Below are positions 38,001 to 45,482 of a stretch of 64,000 nt of DNA, piece by piece. The notes under the pieces are model-generated. The model saw only the letters and a program-made list of their open reading frames with translations. It had not been told where the DNA came from and ran no database searches. Positions within the stretch are counted from its first letter, which is position 1, and each line of letters starts with the position of its first letter. The position numbers and the translations under genes are program-made. Source of the DNA: an uncultured bacterium (lineage in GTDB: Bacteria > Verrucomicrobiota > Verrucomicrobiia > CAIQCK01); the NCBI GenBank assembly GCA_903870275.1, contig CAIQCK010000049.1, positions 17,672-81,671 on the forward strand. Reading direction: 5' to 3'.

Positions 38001-38816
38001 GTCATCGCGGCGCCCGGTGCCGCGCGGGTGATGCCCCGGGAACTGGCTGACGTTTTGGCCGATTACGTTCGCAGAGGCGGACGCCTGGTGCTCTTCCCCG
38101 ACAGCGGCAGTTGGGTTGTCGAAGAGCCGAACCAGCCCGGGGCATTGCTCAGGCGGCTGGGTTGGACAGGACCGGCAGCCTTGACCCAAACCGGCACAGG
38201 GGAAGTTGGAAACAGCGGTCTGACCGCCAGCGCGCCTGCGGTGGTTGAGGCGAGAATCAACTCACGTCCTGGCCCCCTCACACCGCTGGAAGTTCTGCCC
38301 ATGACGGGGTGCATAACGCTGACCAAACCCCCGGGCGAGGTGCACGCCGTATTCCCCGATGGTTCCCCGGCCGTCGTTGGCTGGAAGTGTGGCCGCGGCG
38401 AAGTTCTCCTGCTGGCTGGCACCCCGCACTGGGAAAAAGCAGCGGGCCTTTTCCAGGCGCTGTATTGTTGGGCGGGTGGCCGGCAAACAATCGGCGCCGG
38501 CGCGCCGTCGGTGATGGTCAATCATCTCGTAAAGGGACAGACGCACTACCTCCTGATCCATCGCGGTCCCGACAACCTCTCGCCGCGACAGCCGACGCTG
38601 GACCGCGCGCGTCTGGAAGCCATGCCGTCGCTGGCGACGGAAGTTGTCGTCCGCGGTTTTCCCCCGGGCCGGTGGCGAATGACAGACCTGACGGGAAATG
38701 ATCAAGCCCCGAGGCAGGTCACATCCGCCGAATTAGCCCGGGGCCTGCCAATGAGTCTCCATCTGGCTCAAACGAAGGTGTTTCGCCTGGAACCTGAAGA
38801 AGCTGGCATCCATTGA
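35010..38816 (+). CDS. giant secreted protein with a GH42-like beta-galactosidase core and a ~590-aa N-terminal extension
   Basis: Signal peptide MIKRLLWRWLSIILMVLAGTGLAAG. It has a CBM-like segment (VWFDDISLKNE). The GH42-type motif is RINWNDVEPLPGVFDFALVDRCV...VTSSTPSWI. The C-terminal trimerisation-like module reads KLVIAAPGAARVMP...GGRLVLFPDSG. Confidence 0.65.
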   Translation: MIKRLLWRWLSIILMVLAGTGLAAGQKSPGEHDSPAVADFTDLSRWKAEMPADAALSAGPGRTARLEWKSKTADAIHPAVVVFKLAQAVPLPNDARRAGLWLYVERAGEWHGAWLMLRDADGRAFQYRLAKLPAWAKGWRYIDSFAFGTNESGKIHPEVGSIGDGGSPVPRPPLLLSGLRLETRQPMDGAWLLQQIEASAVTRGEGNWRWGLNLLAEHRWQTTSLLRDGEPPYLLAGYLLPGGGDAQVVWRAHAGFQGPVIAEGTQRLHFDARDVSAQRERITLGPLPPGKYEVEVNLAPVDLRTATPEPWHRLAWQAEGTSLWDNESAHGGKRSLSAEKRSGKGFAGWRQTVHVPGPGRYRMCLYERGTCRAEARVAAFDAHWKNVPGGATIRFKPADAWQSGEAEMTFDSAVKNLYVDLVAQDAGRVWFDDISLKNETSDILANGDAESGRPFTRKHFTLFVLQSPVASTPPANRNWSVAAGESLKIPLPSWAHEGARWEIRDAAGGMAAAGETSTSSVTWRPSHPGVFTFCVRRMDGGVIVDEETLLVGCRTPLAGIGAAQFSLRDQAATDADLFGPGKNYFTWATYEMNPGEPNFFQAFCNWVDDGRAAGFDLFRVRINWNDVEPLPGVFDFALVDRCVAAVVARGGRVVPEIVTSSTPSWIDNELQRDAEGRADLWPHGSLGTTITSVWTPSLLDAVRRFVDASVRHYRNNPHVVAYHLWGVPGSCDWPFVDKPWWGQVTDYSPVAEAAFRRWSQGQYSAAPVADPDWTHPDLRPQWRAWTQFKAYGAERFICDSVIAPLRALDDRRPVTGYYGFDFASTRIAQSARQQNWFRHTGGCDLYYQMNMWGAEALHTTKHPWPQETGGMTPSAGELEHATWQASLYGGLGLNWNYYWREGIRVGAWTPERNAAVTEWQNKWAPLWRELRDAQLAQPPDLAVVKTWSTMHYGLRTYFPHRLNDYCSAFAAVVYRDHLWPTWFSENCDLDFLPQQKLVIAAPGAARVMPRELADVLADYVRRGGRLVLFPDSGSWVVEEPNQPGALLRRLGWTGPAALTQTGTGEVGNSGLTASAPAVVEARINSRPGPLTPLEVLPMTGCITLTKPPGEVHAVFPDGSPAVVGWKCGRGEVLLLAGTPHWEKAAGLFQALYCWAGGRQTIGAGAPSVMVNHLVKGQTHYLLIHRGPDNLSPRQPTLDRARLEAMPSLATEVVVRGFPPGRWRMTDLTGNDQAPRQVTSAELARGLPMSLHLAQTKVFRLEPEEAGIH

Positions 38817-38904
38817 CGTGCGTGCGGAGGTGGGAGACTGGAGGAATGGATGTCCCCTTGCCGCGGAACGGTTTTCAACAAGTTCCCACTTTTCTGAGGA
38901 AAAG

Positions 38905-38982
38905 TGGTCGGGGCGGCGGGATTTGAACCCGCGGCCTCTTGGTCCCGAACCAAGCGCGCTAGCCAAGCTGCGCTACGCCCCG
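38905..38982 (-). tRNA. tRNA-Pro (anticodon CGG), CCA encoded
   Basis: The reverse complement reads CGGGGCG-TA-GCGC-AGCTTGGCTA-GCGC-G-CTTGG-TTCGGGA-CCAAG-AGGCC-GCGGG-TTCAAAT-CCCGC-CGCCCCG-A-CCA. This is a perfect cloverleaf with anticodon loop TT-CGG-GA. Confidence 0.92.
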
Positions 38983-39096
38983 ACAAATAACAACTGGCGG
39001 GCGGACCGTTTGGCCCGTTCGCCACGGGAAAGGAGCCGTGTTTGTAACTCAAACCCGCCGCCATGTCCACGCAAACTTCGCCATCCGAGCGTTTTT

Positions 39097-39777
39097 TTAA
39101 TCGCTCCAACCGCACGCCCCGCGCAACGGCACGAAAACACACCCTCCGATCTCGTCTTCGCGATACTTCGCCTCTCCAAGCCGCTCCACGCGCACCAGCT
39201 TCTGGTGAAACCGCGAACCCACCGGCGCCAGCAGACGCCCGCCCACGGCGAGCTGGCGGCGAACCTGTTCCGGGACCGCCGGCGCACCCGCCGCAAAGAG
39301 GATGCCGTCGAACGGCGCGTGCTCAGGCCAGCCCGCGCTGCCGTCCCCCGCCAACAACGCGATGTTCTCCGCGCCGAGTTTCCCCAAGTGTTCCCGCGCC
39401 GCGTCCAACAGTTCGGGAATTCGTTCGATGCTGAACACCCGTGCAACCAGTTGCGCCAGCAGCGCCGTCTGGTAGCCCGAGCCGGTGCCGATTTCCAACA
39501 CCCGGTCCGCCGGTTGCAATCGCGCCGCTTCCAGCATCCACGCGACCATGTAAGGCTGTGAAATCGTCTGGCCGTAACCGATCTCAACGGGATGATCTGC
39601 GTAAGCTTCCGCCAGACTCGCGCCGGGACAAAACAAATGGCGCGGCACCGTGGCGAACGCCGCCAGCACGCGCTCGTCGCGGATGTTCCGGCCGCGCAGT
39701 TGCTCGGTGATCATTTCTGCGCGCCAGTAATCCGGCGTGTCCTGCGGCTCCGACGGGTGATGAAGGTCAGCGTTCAC
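39097..39777 (-). CDS. pcm: protein-L-isoaspartate O-methyltransferase
   Basis: Motifs VPRHLFCP, GYGQTISQPYMVA and the SAM motif VLEIGTGSGYQTALLA. Confidence 0.9.
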   Translation of the reverse strand: MNADLHHPSEPQDTPDYWRAEMITEQLRGRNIRDERVLAAFATVPRHLFCPGASLAEAYADHPVEIGYGQTISQPYMVAWMLEAARLQPADRVLEIGTGSGYQTALLAQLVARVFSIERIPELLDAAREHLGKLGAENIALLAGDGSAGWPEHAPFDGILFAAGAPAVPEQVRRQLAVGGRLLAPVGSRFHQKLVRVERLGEAKYREDEIGGCVFVPLRGACGWSD

Positions 39778-40444
39778 GCCAGTAATGCCACAACAACCTG
39801 ATTTGCCGAAAGAGGTCCTTTATCGGGCGGATGTGACTGTGCTCATCCGCATAAATCGTGGCCACAGGCACGCTGACAATGGGATGACCGGCGCGCGCCG
39901 TGAGGATCAGCATCTCGCTGTCGGCCTCGTAGTGGTCCGCCGTCAGTTTCAACTCGTCGAGCAGACTGCGGTGCAACAGCCGGAAACCGCACTGGCTGTC
40001 CGGCAGCGGCTGCCAGCACAACTTGCTCAACACCCACGAACTGAGCCGGTTTCCCACGCGATGCGTGAACGGCATGTTGTCCGCGTCCGTCATGCGGTTG
40101 CCGAGGATAAATTTCGCGCCACCGTCGCGCCCGGTGAGGAGCCGCGGAATGTCATCGGGATCGTGCTGGCCGTCCGCATCGAGCAGGACGATCCACTCAC
40201 GATCCAGTTCCCGGCACCGAGCCAGCCCGGTCTTCAACGCCGCGCCCTTGCCGCGGTTGGCCGCGTGCTGGATCACATCCGCGCCCGCCGCGCGCGCTTC
40301 GCCGCCGCTGCCATCCGTTGAACCGTCGTCCACCACCAGCACGCGCGCGACCTGCTCCAGCGTCCGCCGGACCACATCACCGACATGCCCCGCCGCGTTA
40401 TAAACGGGGATCAACGCGATCAGATTGTCCGGGCCATGATTCAT
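39767..40444 (-). CDS. family 2 glycosyltransferase (polyprenol-phosphate sugar transferase-like)
   Basis: Start chosen at MNHGPDNLIALIPVYNAAGHV. GT-A motifs VVDDGSTDGS and LDADGQHDP. It overlaps the pcm start by 11 nt. Confidence 0.8.
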   Translation of the reverse strand: MNHGPDNLIALIPVYNAAGHVGDVVRRTLEQVARVLVVDDGSTDGSGGEARAAGADVIQHAANRGKGAALKTGLARCRELDREWIVLLDADGQHDPDDIPRLLTGRDGGAKFILGNRMTDADNMPFTHRVGNRLSSWVLSKLCWQPLPDSQCGFRLLHRSLLDELKLTADHYEADSEMLILTARAGHPIVSVPVATIYADEHSHIRPIKDLFRQIRLLWHYWRER

Positions 40445-40551
40445 CTGTGCCGTTTGCGATCGGTGGCGGGTGACTGTTTTCAATAGGCCGCATTCGTTGC
40501 CGCGGGCCAACGAATCGCGGTGTCACCCATCACTCATTCCCAATCACCGCT

Positions 40552-41454
40552 TCAGCCTTGGGCCGCGTAACCCTGGGCCAGCGACCAATCGCGTTCGATG
40601 TCCCACGGGCTGTGAAAAATATGCCACTGCCCTGCGTATGCGCTAATGGCTCGCTCGAGTTGTTCTGCGATTTGCCGGCTCAACGAGTCTGTCGTGTCCT
40701 TCGTCTTGTCTGGAAAAATCGGATCATCGAGGAACAATTTGTACCGGTCGTCCGGCAGGCGGACGCAGAAGCCCGTCACAATCGTCGCGCCGGTGGACAG
40801 CGCCAGCCGCGCCGGTCCCGTCGGCAACCGTGCGGGCGCGCCAAAGAACATTGCCGAGTCGCGGTTCCGTGTGAAGTCGCGGTCGCCCAGCAAGGCGACG
40901 ATTTCGTTGCGCTGGATCGCGCGCAGGCATTCGCGCGTGGCGCGGCCCGTTTCAATGACGCGCATGCCACGCCCCGTGCGTTGCGCCTGAAACAACTTGT
41001 CCAGCCGCGGGTCGCTCATCGGCAGCGCGACGACATTGAACTTGTAGCCGTGGCGCACGATCGTCGCGCCGCCGTTTTCGACGCTGCCGAGATGCGCCGT
41101 CACCACCACGGTCCCCTTCCCCGCCGCCTGCGCTTTGGCCAGCGAAACGATGTTCTCGACCTCCATGATCGCCGCGAGCGCGCCGGCGCGGTCGGCGCCG
41201 CCGAAATAGAAATAATCCGCAACGGTTTCCGCAAAACTGATGTAAACGCCAGCCACGCGGTCCATCGCCGCCTGCGCGTCCAGAGGTTCGCCGCGAAACG
41301 CCGCGATTCGCCGGAGGTTGGCGGCAACTTCAACCGCCTCGTTCCGCTTCATCGCGAAATACGCGCGCGCCAGCCCTTTCGCAACGGCAAAGGCCAGTCC
41401 GCGCGGCACGATCCGCGTTGCTGCCGCCGCCACGCGGAAAAGCCAGTATTTCAT
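40552..41454 (-). CDS. lysophospholipid/lipid A-type acyltransferase (LpxL/HtrB/PatA family)
   Basis: 300 aa. It has an N-terminal membrane anchor (MKYWLFRVAAAATRIV) and the HLGSVE (HX4D/E-like) motif. ATGA overlap with the upstream GT28 gene. Confidence 0.75.
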   Translation of the reverse strand: MKYWLFRVAAAATRIVPRGLAFAVAKGLARAYFAMKRNEAVEVAANLRRIAAFRGEPLDAQAAMDRVAGVYISFAETVADYFYFGGADRAGALAAIMEVENIVSLAKAQAAGKGTVVVTAHLGSVENGGATIVRHGYKFNVVALPMSDPRLDKLFQAQRTGRGMRVIETGRATRECLRAIQRNEIVALLGDRDFTRNRDSAMFFGAPARLPTGPARLALSTGATIVTGFCVRLPDDRYKLFLDDPIFPDKTKDTTDSLSRQIAEQLERAISAYAGQWHIFHSPWDIERDWSLAQGYAAQG

Positions 41455-42569
41455 GCCGTCAGCCGCAGCACGGCCTGCGCGATGTCCTGCGCGGAATTCG
41501 GATGGCGCAGCGGGTCGCAGCGGCCCCGCATCGCCGCCAGTTTATCGGGCCGCGACAGGAGTTGTTCGATCAGCGGCGGCAGGTCATAAATGGTTTCCGC
41601 CCGGACCGCGACACGCGCATTGAGCAGAAACTCGGTGTTCCTCATCTCCTGTCCCGGAATAGGGTTGATGATGATCATGGGCAGGCGTTTGACGAGCGCC
41701 TCGGCGGTGGTCATGCCGCCCGGTTTGGTCACGGCCAGATCGGCGACGCTCATCAACTCGTGCACGTTCTTTGCAAAACCGTAAATGTGCGTGGGATGAA
41801 CCAGCCGCGGCCGCAATTCCTCCAGCCGCTCGCGCACCTTCGGGTGAATGCCAGCGAGTATCATTATCTCCAGCGGACGCCGGATTTTGTTCAGTCGCTT
41901 CAGGATGGTGCGAAACGGGCCGAGTCCCTGACTGCCGCCCATGATCAGCAGCTTGGTCGTGTCGCGGCGCAGGCCCAGCTTGGCGCAAAGCGCGGCGCGG
42001 TTGGGTTCCTCCTTGTAAACCGGGTCCACTGGAATGCCGGTGACGAGCACTTTCTCCGGCGACACGCCGCCGGCGATCAGCGCCTTGCCCGTGGCTTCCG
42101 TCGGCACGCAGTAGAGATTGACCTGGCCGTGCGCCCAGTAGCGATGCGCCACATAGTCCGTGACGATGCCCGCGAGCGGCAGCGTCGAGCCGGTGCGCAT
42201 TTTGTAATCCGCCATCACCCCGCAAGAAAAAGCCTGTGTGCACACGATGGCATCGGGCCGGAATTCCCTCAGCAACGATTCCAGCCGCGCCGCGTTCTTG
42301 CGGTTTACCCGGTCGCGGATGCCGCTGGTGCGCTCCTTGAAGCGGGGGTTGTCATACATCCACTCCCACAAACCCGGCGTCGTCTTCAGCACGCCGAGAT
42401 AGGTCTTCAGCACGATCTTCGCCAGCAGCGGGCTGGCGTATTTGAACGAATCGTATTCCGCGCTCACCAACGACGGGTTGATCGCCTGCATCGCGCGTTT
42501 CACCGCCAGCGCGGCGCCGTGGTGGCCGGAGCCTTCGGTCAGGTAAAAAAATAAAATTCGCTTCAACAT
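41451..42569 (-). CDS. GT28-type glycosyltransferase (MGDG synthase/UgtP/MurG-like diacylglycerol glycosyltransferase)
   Basis: Start chosen at MLKRILFFYLTEGSGHHGAALAV (typical MGDG-synthase N-terminus). The C-terminal GT-B motif is VTKPGGMTTAEAL. Confidence 0.8.
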   Translation of the reverse strand: MLKRILFFYLTEGSGHHGAALAVKRAMQAINPSLVSAEYDSFKYASPLLAKIVLKTYLGVLKTTPGLWEWMYDNPRFKERTSGIRDRVNRKNAARLESLLREFRPDAIVCTQAFSCGVMADYKMRTGSTLPLAGIVTDYVAHRYWAHGQVNLYCVPTEATGKALIAGGVSPEKVLVTGIPVDPVYKEEPNRAALCAKLGLRRDTTKLLIMGGSQGLGPFRTILKRLNKIRRPLEIMILAGIHPKVRERLEELRPRLVHPTHIYGFAKNVHELMSVADLAVTKPGGMTTAEALVKRLPMIIINPIPGQEMRNTEFLLNARVAVRAETIYDLPPLIEQLLSRPDKLAAMRGRCDPLRHPNSAQDIAQAVLRLTA

Positions 42570-42609
42570 CCGCGACGCCTCATTTCCGTCAAAAAACCGT
42601 GCCTGCCGT

Positions 42610-43824
42610 TCAGCCATCGGACAACATCTGGCTGATGCGCTTGAGCGCCTGTTTCGAGCGGTCTTCGTTCTGGACCATGGCGAAACGCACGTAGCCTTCG
42701 CCGTATTCGCCGAAACCCGTGCCCGGCGCGCACGCCACACCGGCTTCCTCGATCATCAACTGCGCGAACTCCATCGAGGTCAGCGCGCTGTACTTCATCG
42801 GGATGTGCGCCCAGATGTAGAACGTCGCCTTCGGCATCGGCGTCTGCCAGCCCATCGCGTTCATTCCCTCGACGAACAGCTTCATCCGCCGGTGGTAGGT
42901 TTCCGCCGCGTGCTTCACCGAATCCTGCGGGCCGTTGAGCGCCTCGATCCCGGCGAGTTGCACCGCGCGGAAGATGCCGAAATCAATGTAGCTCTTGGTC
43001 TTGCTGAGCGTCCTGAGGATGCTCGCATTGCCCACCGCGAACGCCAGCCGCCAGCCGGCCATCGAGTAGCTCTTCGAGAAACTGTGAAACTCGATCGCCA
43101 CGTCCTTCGCGCCCTTGGCGTTGAACACACTCGGCGCCTTGTGGCCGTCATACACAAAATCGCTGTAGGCAAAGTCGTGCGCGAGAATGATGTGGTGCCG
43201 CTTGCACCAGTCCACCATCTCCTGCATGAACGCGATGTCGCACGTCGCCGCCGTGGGGTTGTGCGGATACGACAGAATCATCAGCTTCGATTGCCGGATG
43301 ACGTGCGGGTCAAGGTTGCTCAGCACCGGCAGGAAATTGTTCTCTGCCAGCAGCGGCAACTGATACAGGATGCCGCCGGCCATGATCACGCCGTTGAAAT
43401 GGATCGGATACGCCGGCGACGGCACCAACGCGATGTCGTCGCTGTTGAGGAAGCCGAGCGACAGGTGCGCCAGGCCTTCCTTCGAGCCGATCAGTGTCAC
43501 CACCTCGCTGTTGGGGTCCAGTTCGACGTTGAACTTCCGGTGATACCAATCCGCGATGGCCTTGCGCAGGCCGCGCTCGACCTCGCCGTCATGGCGCGAA
43601 TACCCGTGCATTTCGGCGCTCTTGACGCCCTCGGCCAGCGCCGCCACGACATTCGCGGGCGGCGGCAAGTCCGGGCTGCCCATGCTCAGGTCAATGATAT
43701 CCTTGCCGGCGGCCTTCTGCTGTTTGATCAACTGGTCAATGACCGCGAACAGGTAAGGCGGCAACCGTTTCAGCCGGTTCGCTTCCTGCATAAAATTGGC
43801 GTCGAACTCTGTCGTCTTTTTCAT
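42610..43824 (-). CDS. class I/II PLP-dependent aminotransferase (LL-DAP/alanine aminotransferase-like)
   Basis: Start MKKTTEF forms an ATGA overlap with the lipA stop. Motifs LPPYLFA, NPHNPT and SFSKSYSMAGWRLAF (PLP lysine). Confidence 0.85.
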   Translation of the reverse strand: MKKTTEFDANFMQEANRLKRLPPYLFAVIDQLIKQQKAAGKDIIDLSMGSPDLPPPANVVAALAEGVKSAEMHGYSRHDGEVERGLRKAIADWYHRKFNVELDPNSEVVTLIGSKEGLAHLSLGFLNSDDIALVPSPAYPIHFNGVIMAGGILYQLPLLAENNFLPVLSNLDPHVIRQSKLMILSYPHNPTAATCDIAFMQEMVDWCKRHHIILAHDFAYSDFVYDGHKAPSVFNAKGAKDVAIEFHSFSKSYSMAGWRLAFAVGNASILRTLSKTKSYIDFGIFRAVQLAGIEALNGPQDSVKHAAETYHRRMKLFVEGMNAMGWQTPMPKATFYIWAHIPMKYSALTSMEFAQLMIEEAGVACAPGTGFGEYGEGYVRFAMVQNEDRSKQALKRISQMLSDG

Positions 43825-44771
43825 CGTTTGCTTCCTGCCTTCCACAATAAATCTTCCGCGTGATAACTCGACCGCACCAGCGGCGCGCTCGCCACGTCCA
43901 CAAATCCCATCTTGCGGCCGGCCCGGCGCAAGGCCGTGAACACTTCCGGCCGCACAAACTCTGTCACCGGCAGATTCGCCGGCGTCGGCTGCAAATACTG
44001 TCCGATGGTCAGCAACTCGCAGCCCGCCTGGCGCAAATCCTGCATCGTCTCCAGCACTTCCGCCACCGTTTCGCCGTGGCCAACCATCAGCCCCGACTTG
44101 ACGAACATCCGCCGGCCCTTCGCGGACCGCGCGGGCCGTTCGCTCGCCATCCGCAGCACCGCCAGCGTCCGTTCATACGTCGCCCGGTGCCGCACGGTCG
44201 GCGTCAACCGCCGGACGGTCTCAATATTATGATTGAACACGTCGGGCTGCGCCGCCAGCACCGTTTCCACCAGCGCGCGCTCGCCGCCGAAATCCGGCGT
44301 CAACACTTCCACCATCAACTCCTCGCCGCACGCCGCCCGCAGCGCGCCAATCGTCCGCGCGAAATGCTCCGCGCCGCCGTCGGCGAGATCGTCCCGCGTC
44401 ACGCTCGTCACCACCGCGTGCTTTAGCGCCATCCGCCGCGCCGCTTCCGCCACGCGCTTCGGCTCATCCGGGTCCAGCGGCAGCGGCTTCGCCGTCGTCA
44501 CCGCGCAAAACCCGCATGCCCGCGTGCAACGGTCGCCGGCGATCATAAACGTCGCCGTGCCGTGCGACCAACATTCCCATCGGTTCGGGCACCGGGCGCT
44601 CTCGCAGACCGTGTGCAGCCGCAACGCGCCCAGCCGCCCTCCCGTCCGCGCAAACCGCCGGTCTCTGGGCAGGCTCAACCGCAACCAGCGCGGAAGCCGC
44701 GCCGGCCGGTCCGTTGCCCTCATCGTGCTCGCCGTCATCATTTCCAAAGGATTCAGCCTAGCGGACGCCAA
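43821..44771 (-). CDS. lipA: lipoyl synthase
   Basis: It has both Fe-S motifs, CESARCPNRWEC (auxiliary cluster) and CTRACGFCAV (radical SAM CX3CX2C), and the C-terminal RSSY. Confidence 0.95.
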   Translation of the reverse strand: MASARLNPLEMMTASTMRATDRPARLPRWLRLSLPRDRRFARTGGRLGALRLHTVCESARCPNRWECWSHGTATFMIAGDRCTRACGFCAVTTAKPLPLDPDEPKRVAEAARRMALKHAVVTSVTRDDLADGGAEHFARTIGALRAACGEELMVEVLTPDFGGERALVETVLAAQPDVFNHNIETVRRLTPTVRHRATYERTLAVLRMASERPARSAKGRRMFVKSGLMVGHGETVAEVLETMQDLRQAGCELLTIGQYLQPTPANLPVTEFVRPEVFTALRRAGRKMGFVDVASAPLVRSSYHAEDLLWKAGSKR

Positions 44772-45482
44772 AAAATCGCGTCAATGCTTTTCAGCGAGAC
44801 GACGCCTGTTCATTTTCACTATAAAGGAAGCCGGCCCCGCCGTCACGCGGCAAAAAAACGACGCCCGCCACACACCTGACAATCCCGTCCGCTCACACGG
44901 CGTGCTGCTGCGTTGACAAACCGCACGATAAAAACGCCAAAATCGCCGGAATGCCGCGCTTTGACGCTTCCTGCCCGCCACCCAATCCTACCCAGTTTTC
45001 CGCCGGGCGGAGGTGAGGGCGTCGATTTCCAGCTTGCGAGGATGCCGGCAAAAGAAACTGTAGCCAAAGCTGAAAGCAAATTCGCATTGCGCGGGCTGCT
45101 TCGACTGACACTCCACCAACTCCCCTGCCCCGATACACCGGCCGCGACAATCTGCCATGCCCTGTGCCGGTCCCGTGGCCGGCGGGTTGCTGCCGTTGTC
45201 TTGTCTCCCGAACAATTTCCCAAACATAAGCGCCTGCCTTTGTGATCCAGCCCATTTCCGGCTGCGCGCTCCTCCCGAAGAGCAGAACATTGCTGCTCCA
45301 TCAGTTCCAATGCCCACTTTATTATAACTCCGCCCCCCCCCCATCCGCCTGTCGGGAGTGTCCCTGCGCCGGCCGTCTCGCTTCCCCGACACCGCTTTTC
45401 TGATGCGATAATGATCTGCGACGGACGATCCGGAAGACGTGACTTTACGTGTCCAAGCCGCTAGATTGGCATCGCTCGAACA

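Noticed and set aside
38817-39096. tRNA-Pro as the integration site of a genomic island
   Set aside because: No integrase, no direct repeat of the tRNA 3' end and no compositional break were seen on either side. The neighbours are ordinary chromosomal genes (the GH42-like gene and pcm).
39063-39561. + strand ORFs over the pcm region (38818-39561, 39063-39434)
   Set aside because: They are antisense to pcm, which has clear SAM-methyltransferase motifs. One of them would also run through the tRNA-Pro gene.
41418-43863. + strand ORFs 41418-42554 (378 aa) and 42805-43863 (352 aa)
   Set aside because: They are antisense to the GT28 and aminotransferase genes and have shadow-ORF composition.
44913-45392. 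Overlapping ORFs in the long intergenic gap (44913-45245 +, 44843-45310 -, 44893-45255 -, full 44988-45392 -)
   Set aside because: They are mutually exclusive frames with Arg/Gly/Pro-rich translations, no SD and no family resemblance. Only the short Cys-rich 3' part of the 44988-45392 frame was kept, as a low-confidence candidate in the findings.
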